A DNA stretch of 64,000 nt from a bacterium. Lineage in GTDB: Bacteria > Zhuqueibacterota > Zhuqueibacteria > Residuimicrobiales > Krinioviventaceae. The stretch is taken from assembly GCA_963693055.1 (NCBI GenBank), contig OY843751.1, positions 4,448,001 through 4,512,000 on the forward strand. Direction: 5' to 3'. The notes below the pieces were generated by a model. The model was not told the DNA's origin and ran no database searches. It saw nothing but the letters and a program-made list of their open reading frames with translations. Both the position numbers and the translations under genes were made by a program. Positions within the stretch are counted from its first letter, which is position 1, and each line of letters starts with the position of its first letter. Positions 29,664-40,448 of this stretch are shown piece by piece.

Positions 29664-29715
29664 ATAGACCAAATCACATCTTATACTTGTCCGCCCGCTA
29701 GCGGCTCTTTCGTCT

Positions 29716-31194
29716 TTATATTTTCGTTTCAAACCTCTCGGTATGAACAAGGTTCCCATCCACATCGTGATGTTCAAAGATCAGCTTTATAAATCCTTTT
29801 TCACGATATACTTTGCCCAACAGATACCCACCCTTGACGCGCAAGAAACGATGCTCAGGCATCAGGTCTTCCTGCTTCCAACCGCCCGCATGCATATCCG
29901 AGCCGGCACCTGTGCTAAATTCCCACAAGTTGGTATTGTCCCAGTGGGTTACATACTGCCAGTGCCGATCGCCATTACACATGAAAACATTTTTCTGTGA
30001 ATTGATAAAATCGCGTATCTCATCACCTTCATGTTCAAACCCCTTGTTGGCGTGATTGTCATTCTTGTTCTCCCGGTCCGGCCCCAGAATCGGAGTAGCC
30101 GAGATCAAAAGTTTGTACGTTGCATCAGACGCACGCATGGTTTTAAACAGCCATTGTTTTTGTTGCTCACCCCAAATGGTCTTTTCAGGGCCATCAGGCA
30201 TTTGGTTGCTGCTTCTAAAATGCCGTCCTTCCATAATCCATATTTGCAGATCTTTTCCCCAACGGATGGTTTTATACAGGCTGTCATTGGTGGGGAACTG
30301 TTCTTTTTCAAAGATCTCAAGTCCCCGTTCAAATGTTACGGTACCATAGGTTTGTCCCGCCCAGCAATCATTTTTTAAAGCATCATGATCATCTTTGATA
30401 AAATAGGTAGTAATTTGTCTGTAAAAATCTCTTTGATATGGCAGTGCAAACAATCGGTCCCATTTAAACCGCATCAAGGGTTCGGTCATGGCCCAGGGGT
30501 CGGGTTTATCATAATATTCTATATCTCCGGTGTGTACATAAAAATCAGGACGATTTTTGAGCATAGCCGGATAGATCCTGTGACCGTTTTTCGGGTCGTC
30601 ACGACGAATGTAATCATGACAGGTCACAATCGTAAAAGTGATATCCTGTATGGTATCTCTGGCAGGCGGTGTTTTAAAGGTACCGCGAATGGTATCCGAT
30701 ACAGCAGAGGAAGCATTTTTACGTGCATACAGTGTTACATCATACAATGTGTTTGCAGCCAGGCCGTCTAGCAGCCATTGGTGGGTGAAATTCTTGCTGG
30801 TATCAACAGTTGCCCAATCACTCTCTATCATTTCACTGCTGCCATAGGGTTTATAAACCATCTTGACTTGTCCCGATGCTCCGGGGCAAGCGCCTTCCAT
30901 ATCATCCAATGTCAGTCCGTTGGGGATCTGCGCATTGTGCATGGTATCCTGGCCAGCCATACGGCTCAGCAGTCTTTGCTGGTCTCTGGTCAGTGAAATA
31001 AAAGGCTCTCCATCATAATTCAGATCAGGATTTCTTGTCAAACGTGTCCAGATCACGATTGAATGCTGATCCGCCCAGCCATTATGGAATCCATTCCCAA
31101 AATACGGGCCGGTATCAACATTACTATTCGTACATGAGATCCCGGCAAGAACCAACAGAATCCCAGCAAGCCAAAACCAGCGCAGCCCTTTCAT
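29716..31194 (-). CDS. Alkaline phosphatase D (PhoD) family lipoprotein
   Basis: IWTR, HTGDIEYYD, KDDHD, NGDRHW motifs. Confidence 0.85.
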   Translation of the reverse strand: MKGLRWFWLAGILLVLAGISCTNSNVDTGPYFGNGFHNGWADQHSIVIWTRLTRNPDLNYDGEPFISLTRDQQRLLSRMAGQDTMHNAQIPNGLTLDDMEGACPGASGQVKMVYKPYGSSEMIESDWATVDTSKNFTHQWLLDGLAANTLYDVTLYARKNASSAVSDTIRGTFKTPPARDTIQDITFTIVTCHDYIRRDDPKNGHRIYPAMLKNRPDFYVHTGDIEYYDKPDPWAMTEPLMRFKWDRLFALPYQRDFYRQITTYFIKDDHDALKNDCWAGQTYGTVTFERGLEIFEKEQFPTNDSLYKTIRWGKDLQIWIMEGRHFRSSNQMPDGPEKTIWGEQQKQWLFKTMRASDATYKLLISATPILGPDRENKNDNHANKGFEHEGDEIRDFINSQKNVFMCNGDRHWQYVTHWDNTNLWEFSTGAGSDMHAGGWKQEDLMPEHRFLRVKGGYLLGKVYREKGFIKLIFEHHDVDGNLVHTERFETKI

Positions 31195-31448
31195 ACAACC
31201 TCCAGATATATAAAATATTACTATTCAATCCATATATTATCAAAGTAGAAAAATATATCATAAAATCAATATAATAATCTTTATTAAACAATTCCTTACA
31301 ATCCAAAGAGATTTTATGGCAATTATTCAATCTATACCAGTCTTTGCTTGACATTTTCAACCAGATCAATTATTTTAATTGATTGTATAATCCATTTAAA
31401 AATTCTTTCATTTGTCACATTACATTTTCATCAGACCCGGGAGTTACT

Positions 31449-32891
31449 ATGAAGCGTTCACTAGTTTTCAAATCCATGCTGTTCCTGGCATTGACAGTTC
31501 AGATCACACTGTTCAATGGATGCTCTTCAAATCAGCAAAAAGCTGTCAAAGCCAATCCAATGAAACAGTACGCTGCTGACACCAAATCCGAATACTCTTA
31601 TGAATTTTACAAAACCATAGAGGGAGACGGCTATACTACCCATATACTGCGTATGGTATCGGGACAGTGGCTGTCAACCAAAGAAGTAAAAGATCCCGAG
31701 TGGTGGCACTGGGTAAAAATCGTTGTTCCAGATTCCCTGGCAAGCGATATCAGCCTGTTATTTATCAGTGGCGGCGACAGGTATCCTGAAGAGCCGGGTG
31801 ATGCGGACAAGATCATTCGCGCGGCAGCAATCAATACCGGTGCGTTGGCAATTTACCTGCACAATGTTCCAAACCAAAAAACCAACTTTGTAGGTGATGA
31901 TTATGGTCCACGCGTTGAAGATGAGCTCATTGCTTATGGCTGGCGTAAATTCCTTGAAGCGGGTGGCGGAGATGAAAGCCTGGAATGGCTGGCCCGTTTA
32001 CCCATGTCTCGCGCTGCTGTACGTACTATGGATACTGTAACCGAATACGCGCAAAAGAAATTAAATCACAAAACCGACAAATTTGTTGTAGCCGGCGCAT
32101 CTAAACGCGGATGGACCACCTGGGCAACAGCCATTGCCGATGATCGCGTTGTCGCCATTGCACCGATTGTAATCGATGTACTCAATGTTGTTCCATCATT
32201 CATGCACCACTGGCGCGCATATGGCGCCTGGTCTCCTGCTGTGGATGATTATGTACATGAACACATTATGGAGTGGATGGGCTCTGTGGAATACCAAAAG
32301 CTGTTAGATGCGGTTGATCCCTATTCTTATCGCGAACAACTTGATTTGCCCAAGATGATGATTAACGCCTCACAAGATGAATTCTTTTTACCGGATTCAT
32401 GGCAATTTTACTGGGATGATCTGGTAGGCGAAAAAAATATCCGTTACGTACCCAATACCGGTCACTCACTGGATGGTACAGATGCAGCCAATACCCTGGT
32501 CTCGTTCTTTCACGACATTGTAACCAAAACACCGCGTCCCGTAATGGATTGGAAAGTAGTGGATGGCACAATCCATGCGCAAACCGGCCCCAACTCTAAA
32601 CCCATCGCGGTCAAATTGTGGCAGGTATATAATCCCGATGGCCGTGATTTCCGTAATCAGATGACCAACGTAAAATGGACTTCCACTGACATACCAATTG
32701 CAGCCGATGGGAAATATGTTGTGAGCGTTGATGCACCTGAAAAAGGCTGGAAAGGTTTTATGGTAGAGTTTGAATTTAAAGGCGAAAAAGTACCTTTAAA
32801 ACTGACCTCAGGCATTGTAGTCGTTCCTGACACATACCCATTCTCAGATTATAAACCCGAAAAAGCATTCGGTACCCCGTTAACAAAATAA
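31449..32891 (+). CDS. PqaA-type (PhoPQ-activated pathogenicity-related) alpha/beta hydrolase, lipoprotein
   Basis: GASKRGWTTW, VDPYSY, DEFFLPD, VPNTGH; lipobox FNGC. Confidence 0.87.
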   Translation: MKRSLVFKSMLFLALTVQITLFNGCSSNQQKAVKANPMKQYAADTKSEYSYEFYKTIEGDGYTTHILRMVSGQWLSTKEVKDPEWWHWVKIVVPDSLASDISLLFISGGDRYPEEPGDADKIIRAAAINTGALAIYLHNVPNQKTNFVGDDYGPRVEDELIAYGWRKFLEAGGGDESLEWLARLPMSRAAVRTMDTVTEYAQKKLNHKTDKFVVAGASKRGWTTWATAIADDRVVAIAPIVIDVLNVVPSFMHHWRAYGAWSPAVDDYVHEHIMEWMGSVEYQKLLDAVDPYSYREQLDLPKMMINASQDEFFLPDSWQFYWDDLVGEKNIRYVPNTGHSLDGTDAANTLVSFFHDIVTKTPRPVMDWKVVDGTIHAQTGPNSKPIAVKLWQVYNPDGRDFRNQMTNVKWTSTDIPIAADGKYVVSVDAPEKGWKGFMVEFEFKGEKVPLKLTSGIVVVPDTYPFSDYKPEKAFGTPLTK

Positions 32892-32899
32892 GAATCTAT

Positions 32900-32934
32900 G
32901 CCCCCGGTTCAGAAATAGTTCCGGGGGCTTTTTT
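32900..32934 (+). terminator. Intrinsic terminator
   Basis: gcccccgg...ccgggggc-tttttt. Confidence 0.75.
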
Positions 32935-32991
32935 AATAATCCATCATTTCATAAAACAACTCGAACTTATTCCCTGTTTTTATAAAACCTG

Positions 32992-34419
32992 CTATGGCTT
33001 GTATTCCGGATTTAATTCAGTCGGCACAGGTGCTTTTATTTCTTTTCTCCAGTTTAACAACAACTGATGCAGTTCTCTAACTTTATCAGGATTCTTGTTA
33101 ACGAGATTAATTTTCTCACCAATATCCGTTTTCAGATTGTACAATTCAAGACCGCCATCTTCAAAGTACTCGTGCAATTTCCAATCTCCCAATCGTACAA
33201 CCGAGCCGGGACGCGTTCTGAATTTGGGATCACGAGTTTCGCATGGCTCACCCGGTTTAACATAGGCCTGCAAATAGATAGGAAAGTGCCAGAATAACGG
33301 TCGTTTTTCAACACTTCCATTTCCCAGTAAAAGCGGTATCAGACTCACACCATCCAAAATTTTATTTCCCGGAACAGGTACACTTGCTGCCTCTAAAAAG
33401 GTGGGCATAAAATCAATTCCACTAACAGGCTCATCGCAGCGAGTGCCTGGCTTAATTTTCTCAGGCCATTTGATAATCAAGGGTTCACGAATGCCCCCTT
33501 CATAATACGAGCCTTTGCCGGCACGTAAGGGCCATTGCTTACTGGTTGCCCATACACCGCCATTGTCAGAGGTGAACAAAACCAGGGTATCTTTATCCAG
33601 GCCTTCATCCTTTAGCGCTTTCATCACCTGCCCTATTCCCTCATCCATGCTCTTGATCATGGATGCATACACTGCATGATGCTGCGCTTCCGTACCTTTT
33701 TTCGATTCAAAATAAGCCGCATAATCCGCTTTGGCCTGCAAGGGACTGTGGACCGTATAATAGGCAAGATATAGAAAAAAGGGCGCATCTTTGCTGTCTT
33801 GAATAAATCCCACAGCCTCTTTTGTCAAGCGATCGGTAAGATATTCTCCTTCCTGCTCCTGAACACAATTGGGATACTCGTACGGACTGTGATATCCCCG
33901 TCGGCCCGGAGATCCCCAGGGACCTCCAGCAATATTGATATCGAATCCGTTTTGCAAAGGATCATCACTAATGTGCCATTTACCAACTGCACAGGTGCGG
34001 TAACCGTTTGATTTCAATATCTGTGCAATGGTCAAATTATTCTGTCGAATATGCAGTGTGTTCTTGACCGGTATCAGCATACGATCTTTGGATTCACCTC
34101 TTTCGGAAGTCGCAACAGTATAGACATGATGTCTGGGTGTATATTGTCCGGTCATACAGCTAGCCCGGCTGGGAGCACAATTTGCCGCGGGAGCATAAGC
34201 CTGCGTAAACACCATTCCTTCTGAAGCAAGCCGGTCTACATTCGGCGTTTCGTAATAAGTGCTGCCCTGAAATCCCAGATCGGCCCAGCCCAAATCATCG
34301 ATATTGATGTAAATTATATTGGGCTGTTTAGAACTACCGCATCGTAGGCCGGTTACAGCACCGGCAAGCGCCAAAGTTCCAATGGATTTCATAAAAGATC
34401 GTCGGTCCTGTTTTCCCAT
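32992..34419 (-). CDS. Formylglycine-dependent sulfatase (S1), Tat-exported
   Basis: RRSF Tat signal, IDDLG, CAPSRAS, GKWH, SDNGG, YEGGIREP. Confidence 0.93.
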   Translation of the reverse strand: MGKQDRRSFMKSIGTLALAGAVTGLRCGSSKQPNIIYINIDDLGWADLGFQGSTYYETPNVDRLASEGMVFTQAYAPAANCAPSRASCMTGQYTPRHHVYTVATSERGESKDRMLIPVKNTLHIRQNNLTIAQILKSNGYRTCAVGKWHISDDPLQNGFDINIAGGPWGSPGRRGYHSPYEYPNCVQEQEGEYLTDRLTKEAVGFIQDSKDAPFFLYLAYYTVHSPLQAKADYAAYFESKKGTEAQHHAVYASMIKSMDEGIGQVMKALKDEGLDKDTLVLFTSDNGGVWATSKQWPLRAGKGSYYEGGIREPLIIKWPEKIKPGTRCDEPVSGIDFMPTFLEAASVPVPGNKILDGVSLIPLLLGNGSVEKRPLFWHFPIYLQAYVKPGEPCETRDPKFRTRPGSVVRLGDWKLHEYFEDGGLELYNLKTDIGEKINLVNKNPDKVRELHQLLLNWRKEIKAPVPTELNPEYKP

Positions 34420-34501
34420 ATACCTTCCTTTTCAATTTTAGCTGATAATTGATTATAAAAAATCTAATGTTCATTGTCAACAAAGAGTATCAGAATTTAT
34501 C

Positions 34502-34530
34502 TTGACATTATCCCTTTCATTCAATATCAT
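34502..34530 (+). promoter_or_regulatory. sigma70 promoter TTGACA-17-TATCAT
   Basis: Near-consensus hexamers 30 nt upstream of the deacetylase ATG. Confidence 0.6.
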
Positions 34531-34560
34531 AATTTATCAGGGCAAACCAGGAGAATTCGT

Positions 34561-35382
34561 ATGAAAAACATCTATACGTTAACCAATCTACTCATTTTAA
34601 TTGGATTTAATATGATCCTTGCGCAATATGAATCAACAGGCATGCAGTCAGAATCATCATATCCCTGGCCGGATGGGAAACGCTGCGCAGTGAGTTTTAC
34701 TTTTGATGACGCGCGACTGAGTCAGATGGACAAGGGCGTTGCATTGCTTGACAAATTTAAGATTAAAGCCACCTTTTACATCTCACCGGAGAATTGCATG
34801 AAACGTATCGATCAATGGAAACAAACTGCCGCTAATGGTCATGAGATTGGTAATCACACTGCAAGCCATCCCTGCTCCGGCAACCTGAAATTTTCCCGTA
34901 ACAATGCGCTTGAAAATTATACCCAGGAAATGATTCATAAAGAATTAACAGATGCAAACGACTTTATTAAAGAACAATTTGGTGTTACCCCCAAAAGCTT
35001 TGCATACCCGTGCGGACAAAAATTTACCGGTGTTGGTTCAGAATGCCAAAGCTATGTCCCCATGATTTCTGAAATGTTTACCAGCGGCAGGGGTTGGCGG
35101 GATGCGCATACAAACAATCCCTACATTTGTGATCTTGCCCGGTTGCTTGCAATGGAATGTGATGGTAAATCCTTTGAGGAGTTGCAATACTTGGTAGAGA
35201 CCGCTAAAAAAGAAGGCACCTGGCTAATTTTTGCAGGCCATGAAATGGATAACGGCGGCAGACAAACCACACAGCTCAGCAGTCTGGAACAGCTATTCCA
35301 ATACTTGAATGAAGAATCGGATAAAGTTTGGGTGGATACGGTTGGTAATATTGCAGATTTTATTCAGGTTCAAAGAAAATAA
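34561..35382 (+). CDS. Polysaccharide deacetylase (CE4/NodB)
   Basis: SFTFDD, GHEIGNHTASHP, FAYPCG. Confidence 0.88.
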   Translation: MKNIYTLTNLLILIGFNMILAQYESTGMQSESSYPWPDGKRCAVSFTFDDARLSQMDKGVALLDKFKIKATFYISPENCMKRIDQWKQTAANGHEIGNHTASHPCSGNLKFSRNNALENYTQEMIHKELTDANDFIKEQFGVTPKSFAYPCGQKFTGVGSECQSYVPMISEMFTSGRGWRDAHTNNPYICDLARLLAMECDGKSFEELQYLVETAKKEGTWLIFAGHEMDNGGRQTTQLSSLEQLFQYLNEESDKVWVDTVGNIADFIQVQRK

Positions 35383-35389
35383 TTAATAC

Positions 35390-36649
35390 TCAACCCTGAT
35401 AATCTTTACGATCGATGACTTTGTACAGCTTGTCGTTTCGGCGGACTTTTTCAGACATTTTTAATGTAGGTGCGTCTCCCTTTTGCGCAGATTCTGCCGG
35501 GGCATCATTTACATAGATACTTTCTACAGTCGCTTCTACAATACCGGTTGTGGGACCGGTTATCATTAAAGCGTCGCCAACATTAACATCGCCTGTTTCA
35601 ATCAAAAACTCGGCTACCCCCGCTTTCCTGAAATAGTGTTTCACATACCCCAGATAGACCTTTTGCTGAGTAGCTCGGGAACCGTACGAAGCGCTCCACT
35701 CGTCCCAGTGTCTTCCCATATAATATCCGCCATGCCAGAAACCACGATTAAATACTTTTTCAAGCTGCTGTTCCCATTCAACAGCTTTATCATGGTCAAA
35801 GGTACCCATTTGTACATGAGCAACAGCATCTTTATAAGCTTTGGTAACCCTATAGACATATTCTTCGCGTCTGCCCCGCCCTTCTATCTTGAATACCGAT
35901 GCACCGGTAGCTACAAGCTGGTCTACAAACCGGATTGTGCACAGGTCGCGTGGAGACATGACATACTTGTTGTCAATAACCAGTTCTTCATCTGTGGTCT
36001 CATCAATCACACGATAGCTGCGGCGACAGGTCTGAAAGCAATCCCCACGATTTGCCGAGTGCCCGGTATTGGCAAGGCTCATGTAGCATTTGCCCGATAC
36101 AGAAACACAAAGCGCGCCATGAACAAACAATTCAATCTGGACCAGTTCACCTTTAGGGCCGCGAATCTCTTCCTTTTCGATAGTATTCACAATATGCCTT
36201 ACCTGTTCAACGGTAAGCTCGCGGGCAAGCACCATTACATCGGCAAATTGCGAATAAAAACGTACCTCTGTTACATTGGAAATGTTCAACTGGGTGGATA
36301 AATGTACTTCTATTCCTATTTCTCTGGCGTATTGAATGACTGCAATGTCACTGGCAATAATCGCGGTTACCTCGGCATCCAGAGCGCTTTTACACAGAAA
36401 CCGCATATCGTCCAGCTCGTAATCATAGAGGATGGTATTCAGGGCAAGATAGCTTTTGATATGATGTTTTTTACATATTTCAGTAATTTTGGCAAGATCT
36501 TCAAGTTGAAAGTTTTTTGCAGACCGCGCGCGCATATTCAACTTGCCAACACCAAAATATACAGAATCCGCACCAGCCTTTATCGCAGCCATCAGCGATT
36601 CAAAAGAACCGGCTGGCGCCATAATTTCCACAGATTTATTATCAATCAT
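35390..36649 (-). CDS. U32 peptidase family protein (TrhP-like tRNA hydroxylase candidate)
   Basis: EIMAPAG, HLSTQ, HGALCVSVSGKC, NRGDCFQTCR Fe-S cysteines, FKIEGR. Confidence 0.9.
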   Translation of the reverse strand: MIDNKSVEIMAPAGSFESLMAAIKAGADSVYFGVGKLNMRARSAKNFQLEDLAKITEICKKHHIKSYLALNTILYDYELDDMRFLCKSALDAEVTAIIASDIAVIQYAREIGIEVHLSTQLNISNVTEVRFYSQFADVMVLARELTVEQVRHIVNTIEKEEIRGPKGELVQIELFVHGALCVSVSGKCYMSLANTGHSANRGDCFQTCRRSYRVIDETTDEELVIDNKYVMSPRDLCTIRFVDQLVATGASVFKIEGRGRREEYVYRVTKAYKDAVAHVQMGTFDHDKAVEWEQQLEKVFNRGFWHGGYYMGRHWDEWSASYGSRATQQKVYLGYVKHYFRKAGVAEFLIETGDVNVGDALMITGPTTGIVEATVESIYVNDAPAESAQKGDAPTLKMSEKVRRNDKLYKVIDRKDYQG

Positions 36650-36831
36650 TCACTTTTATTGCTTTTGTAAAATTGCATCAACAATTCAGATTCCATAGGA
36701 TTCAGATCAAATTTGGTTATTGCTTCTTCAATCAGTTTCCATTTATCTTGTCCACTGCCTTCTTCCATATTCGCTGAAATCCATTTAACAGCTCTTCGAC
36801 TGTTATCTCCTTTTGGCATAGCATCTGACAT
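36646..36831 (-). CDS. Small hypothetical protein (61 aa)
   Basis: RBS-like AAAGGG; ATGA overlap with U32 gene; RRAVKWIS...KFDLNP pattern. Confidence 0.7.
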   Translation of the reverse strand: MSDAMPKGDNSRRAVKWISANMEEGSGQDKWKLIEEAITKFDLNPMESELLMQFYKSNKSE

Positions 36832-36863
36832 GGTACGCCCTTTCGGTTAATCTAACTGTCAAG

Positions 36864-37898
36864 TTATAAAGATTCTACCAGCTCTTTATATTTATATTCT
36901 TTTTTCAACTTTTCTCGTAATTCTTCTTCTGCGTTATATCTGGCTCTAAATTCTAATGCCTGCTGCAAACGATTTTTCACATCCTCAAAAGATCTTTTTT
37001 CTTTTTTCCTTTCAACCACCTTTATAAAATGGTATCCCTGTTCGGTTTCAAAAACATCACTAAACTCACCAATTGGTGTGCTGAAAGCAACCTCTTTAAA
37101 CTCATCAAGCATAATGCCGCGCGACACGTTCGTATAAAGCCCGCCTTTATCTTTTGAGCGATTATCCTCAGAGTTGTTTTTTATGAGTTCGTCCAAATCT
37201 TCACCGGCTTGAGCGCGTTTCAACAGATCCTGCATTTTAGCATAAATCTCTTTTTTTTCTTCATCTGTTTTGCCAGCGGTTTTCATCAACATTTGGTGAA
37301 ATGTAGCAGTCTTTTCTTTATTATATTCTGCCAAAAGTTCCTCTTCTGTGGGTTGTGGAATTTTTGCATACACATACTGATCAAGAAAATTCTTAATCAT
37401 CAGGCTTTCCTCAACATCCTGAAGAAAAAACGCTTTGGTCATGCCGCGGTAATTCAGGTCTTTATAGAAGGCCTCTTCTGTTCCCATGGATTTATAGTAA
37501 GCAGTCAAGACAGAATCAATTGCGGATTGCTCTACAGTAATCTTTTTGGATTTGGCTGCATTAACAAAAACCTGCTTTTCAGCTAAAAATTTGGCAGTTT
37601 TGATGATAAGGTCATGAACATATTTTACTTCAAGCATATCTGTATTGGTTTCGTAACGTTTCAATTTAGGATAAATAAACGGAATCACCTGACCAGAATA
37701 AATGCTAAATTTTTTGGTTGAAATAATTTCGGTGTTCACATCAGGATCTAACAGAATCGTCTTGTCCTTGATTGAAGACAAGTACTCATACTCTTCCGAA
37801 CCTTTTTCATAGGGCATTGGCGGGGGTGCACTCTTTTTCGAACAGGCACTAAAAGTCATCATGGCTACGAACAATAGAAAAAGAATACGTGATTTCAT
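36864..37898 (-). CDS. Parvulin-type peptidyl-prolyl isomerase lipoprotein (PrsA/SurA-like)
   Basis: Lipobox FSAC; SED..SK.KGG, EF..VAF, ETEQGYHFIKV. Confidence 0.87.
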   Translation of the reverse strand: MKSRILFLLFVAMMTFSACSKKSAPPPMPYEKGSEEYEYLSSIKDKTILLDPDVNTEIISTKKFSIYSGQVIPFIYPKLKRYETNTDMLEVKYVHDLIIKTAKFLAEKQVFVNAAKSKKITVEQSAIDSVLTAYYKSMGTEEAFYKDLNYRGMTKAFFLQDVEESLMIKNFLDQYVYAKIPQPTEEELLAEYNKEKTATFHQMLMKTAGKTDEEKKEIYAKMQDLLKRAQAGEDLDELIKNNSEDNRSKDKGGLYTNVSRGIMLDEFKEVAFSTPIGEFSDVFETEQGYHFIKVVERKKEKRSFEDVKNRLQQALEFRARYNAEEELREKLKKEYKYKELVESL

Positions 37899-38110
37899 AA
37901 AAACAACTCCTGTCAAAATTTACAATTTATAAAGGTATAAAAAAATAACAGCAAAGCCTACTTTTTTTTGTACTTTTTAACCACATCAAGCTTTAATCGG
38001 TTCCCATAAAAAAAACATACTGTATATTGACAAATACACTTGAAATACCTAAATTTAAGCAGATTGAAAGATTAATAGATCATGACTCGCTCATACATGG
38101 GAAAACATGA

Positions 38111-40279
38111 ATGAAAAATATTCAATTGTTACGCATCACCCGTAAAACACTATTCGTACTTTTGATGGCATTCCAGATCAATTCTGTGTCAGCAGCCGTT
38201 TTGCAAAAGATACCCTATACCTGGGACAATGTTGCAATTGGCGGTGGAGGATCAGTTCCTGGAATGATAATACATCCTCAAATCAAAAACCTGGTCTATA
38301 TCCGTACAGATATGGGCAGCATGTATCGCTGGGATGCCCAATCCGCCAAATGGCTCCCCATTTGGCTGTGGCCCTCGCTGGATGAGTGGAACCTCACTTC
38401 TGTAGCCAGCTTTGCTATTGCTCCATCTGACACAACCGGAAATATTATATATGCGGCAGCCGGTAAATATGCGGATAATAATGCAACTCCCAAACTGGGA
38501 GAAATTTACAAATCAACCGACCGGGGAGAAACCTGGAAAGCAACCGGTTTAAAAGCCTATATTGCTTCCAACTGGGACCAACGGTTCGGCGAACGTTTAA
38601 ATATTGACCCCCATAACTCTAACCATGTTTTTTTTGCGTCAAGAATGGACGGACTTTTCAAGAGTGAAAACGGTGGCAAAACATGGAACAAAATCCAGGA
38701 AGCGCCAAACGGTAACAATTACGAAGCCAGTGCGCAAAACCAGCGTGGCCTGACCTTTCTGGTATTTGATTCCCGCTCGGGAGAAAAAGGTCAATGTTGC
38801 AAAATGCTGTATCTTGGTGCATGGCGCAATGGTGTTTACCGAAGTACCGATGGCGGTGTAACCTGGTCCAAGCTGCCTGGCAGCCCTGAACGGTCTTTTA
38901 GAGCCACTATAGATTCAAAAGGAAGATTGTATGTAACGCACCGTTATGGGCTTGCAAAATTTGACGGTGCCAAATGGACAGATATTACACCTCCAGCCTT
39001 TAAAGAAAAACGGTTCGCGGCTGTTGCAGTTGATCCTTCAAATCCTGACCATCTTTTAACCGCTCCCAACGAATGGGCACACAATATGCCTATTTTCCGT
39101 AGCACAGATGGTGGTATAACCTGGACAAAGATTAAACCCAAAGTAGTTAATGATGTGCCCTGGCGACCCAAAGATCACTGGGCATCGGCTGTGTTTACCC
39201 TCGCATTTAATCCACATGATCCCAAAGGTGCCGGCTATTCGGATTGGTATCATTCATGGATGACTCCCGATATCACGGCAGATGTTACAGAATGGTATAC
39301 ATTTGAAAGAGGCCACGAAGCATTAACGCCTATAGCCATGGCATCTCCTTCAGACGGCAATGTAGTGCTTTACACAGGAATTCCTGACATTGGGGGTTTT
39401 GATCACACCTCTGTAACCGAGTTCCCCAAACAAACAATTCGCAGCAAAGGCCTTGAACGTACATCAACAACCAGTATCGATTTTGCAGCCAATGATCCCG
39501 AGTTTGTGGTACGCGCGAATGCCAAAGACTGGGGAAACTTTGGTGAAATTGGTTGTGCATTCACCTACGATGCAGGTGCAACATGGGAAGTAATGCCCAC
39601 CAAACCTTTTGAAGAAGCAACCGGTGGAAGGGTTGCGGTTTCTGCAACCGGTGACCGTGTTGTTTGGATGCCTCAGGAATCCTGCATGTTTTACACCAAA
39701 GACCTTGGTGAAAACTGGCGCGAGACCTATGGCGCACCGGAAAACCTGATAAACCAGTTTACATCTACCCGCCTTCCCCTGGCATCAGACCGTGTATTAA
39801 ATAATGTGTTTTATGTATACGCGAATGGCAAGTTTTATCGCAGTGATAATGGCGCCGAGTTGTGGGAACAGGTTGGCGTTGTAATAGAAGGTGATGATCA
39901 GCACCCCATTCTTCGTGCTGCCCCTTCTATACCGCATGAAGTCTGGATCAGTCTCAACAATGACGGATTATGGCGTTCTAACGATGGCGGTGAAACTTTT
40001 GAAAAAATACCGGGGGTAACTCAATCCATGTTATTTGATTTTGGAAAGAATCCTCCCGGCAAAATGCATCCAACCGTTTATGTATTTGGCAAGATTTATG
40101 ACAGAGAAGGTATTTATCGTTCCGATGATATGGGTAAGAATTGGCACAGAATTGATACATTTCCCAAGCCTGCATTAGGCGCGCAACCCAACACACTATG
40201 TGCGGACCAGCAGGTTTATGGACGTGTTTATATTGGCACTAATGGAACGGGTATTTTCTACGGAGAACCGGTAAAATAA
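38111..40279 (+). CDS. GH74 xyloglucanase-like double beta-propeller
   Basis: WDNVAIGGGG, YIRTDMG, DIGGF (both catalytic Asp positions), many S.D.G.TW BNR repeats, YIGTNG.GIFYG. Confidence 0.85.
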   Translation: MKNIQLLRITRKTLFVLLMAFQINSVSAAVLQKIPYTWDNVAIGGGGSVPGMIIHPQIKNLVYIRTDMGSMYRWDAQSAKWLPIWLWPSLDEWNLTSVASFAIAPSDTTGNIIYAAAGKYADNNATPKLGEIYKSTDRGETWKATGLKAYIASNWDQRFGERLNIDPHNSNHVFFASRMDGLFKSENGGKTWNKIQEAPNGNNYEASAQNQRGLTFLVFDSRSGEKGQCCKMLYLGAWRNGVYRSTDGGVTWSKLPGSPERSFRATIDSKGRLYVTHRYGLAKFDGAKWTDITPPAFKEKRFAAVAVDPSNPDHLLTAPNEWAHNMPIFRSTDGGITWTKIKPKVVNDVPWRPKDHWASAVFTLAFNPHDPKGAGYSDWYHSWMTPDITADVTEWYTFERGHEALTPIAMASPSDGNVVLYTGIPDIGGFDHTSVTEFPKQTIRSKGLERTSTTSIDFAANDPEFVVRANAKDWGNFGEIGCAFTYDAGATWEVMPTKPFEEATGGRVAVSATGDRVVWMPQESCMFYTKDLGENWRETYGAPENLINQFTSTRLPLASDRVLNNVFYVYANGKFYRSDNGAELWEQVGVVIEGDDQHPILRAAPSIPHEVWISLNNDGLWRSNDGGETFEKIPGVTQSMLFDFGKNPPGKMHPTVYVFGKIYDREGIYRSDDMGKNWHRIDTFPKPALGAQPNTLCADQQVYGRVYIGTNGTGIFYGEPVK

Positions 40280-40414
40280 CAATTAAAGGATTGCATCAAA
40301 AACAAAACGTTAGGCTAAAATAAATACAAATCAACTGTAAAATCAATAAATTGCAGAAACTATCAATTACCCACTTTTTTAAATAGCATTCCCCTATTAA
40401 AAAAAACATATTTC

Positions 40415-40444
40415 AAAAAAAGGCCTGATCTCTCAGGCCTTTTT
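40415..40444. terminator. Bidirectional intrinsic terminator
   Basis: aaaaaa-aggcctga-tctc-tcaggcct-tttt. Confidence 0.8.
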
Positions 40445-40448
40445 AAAA

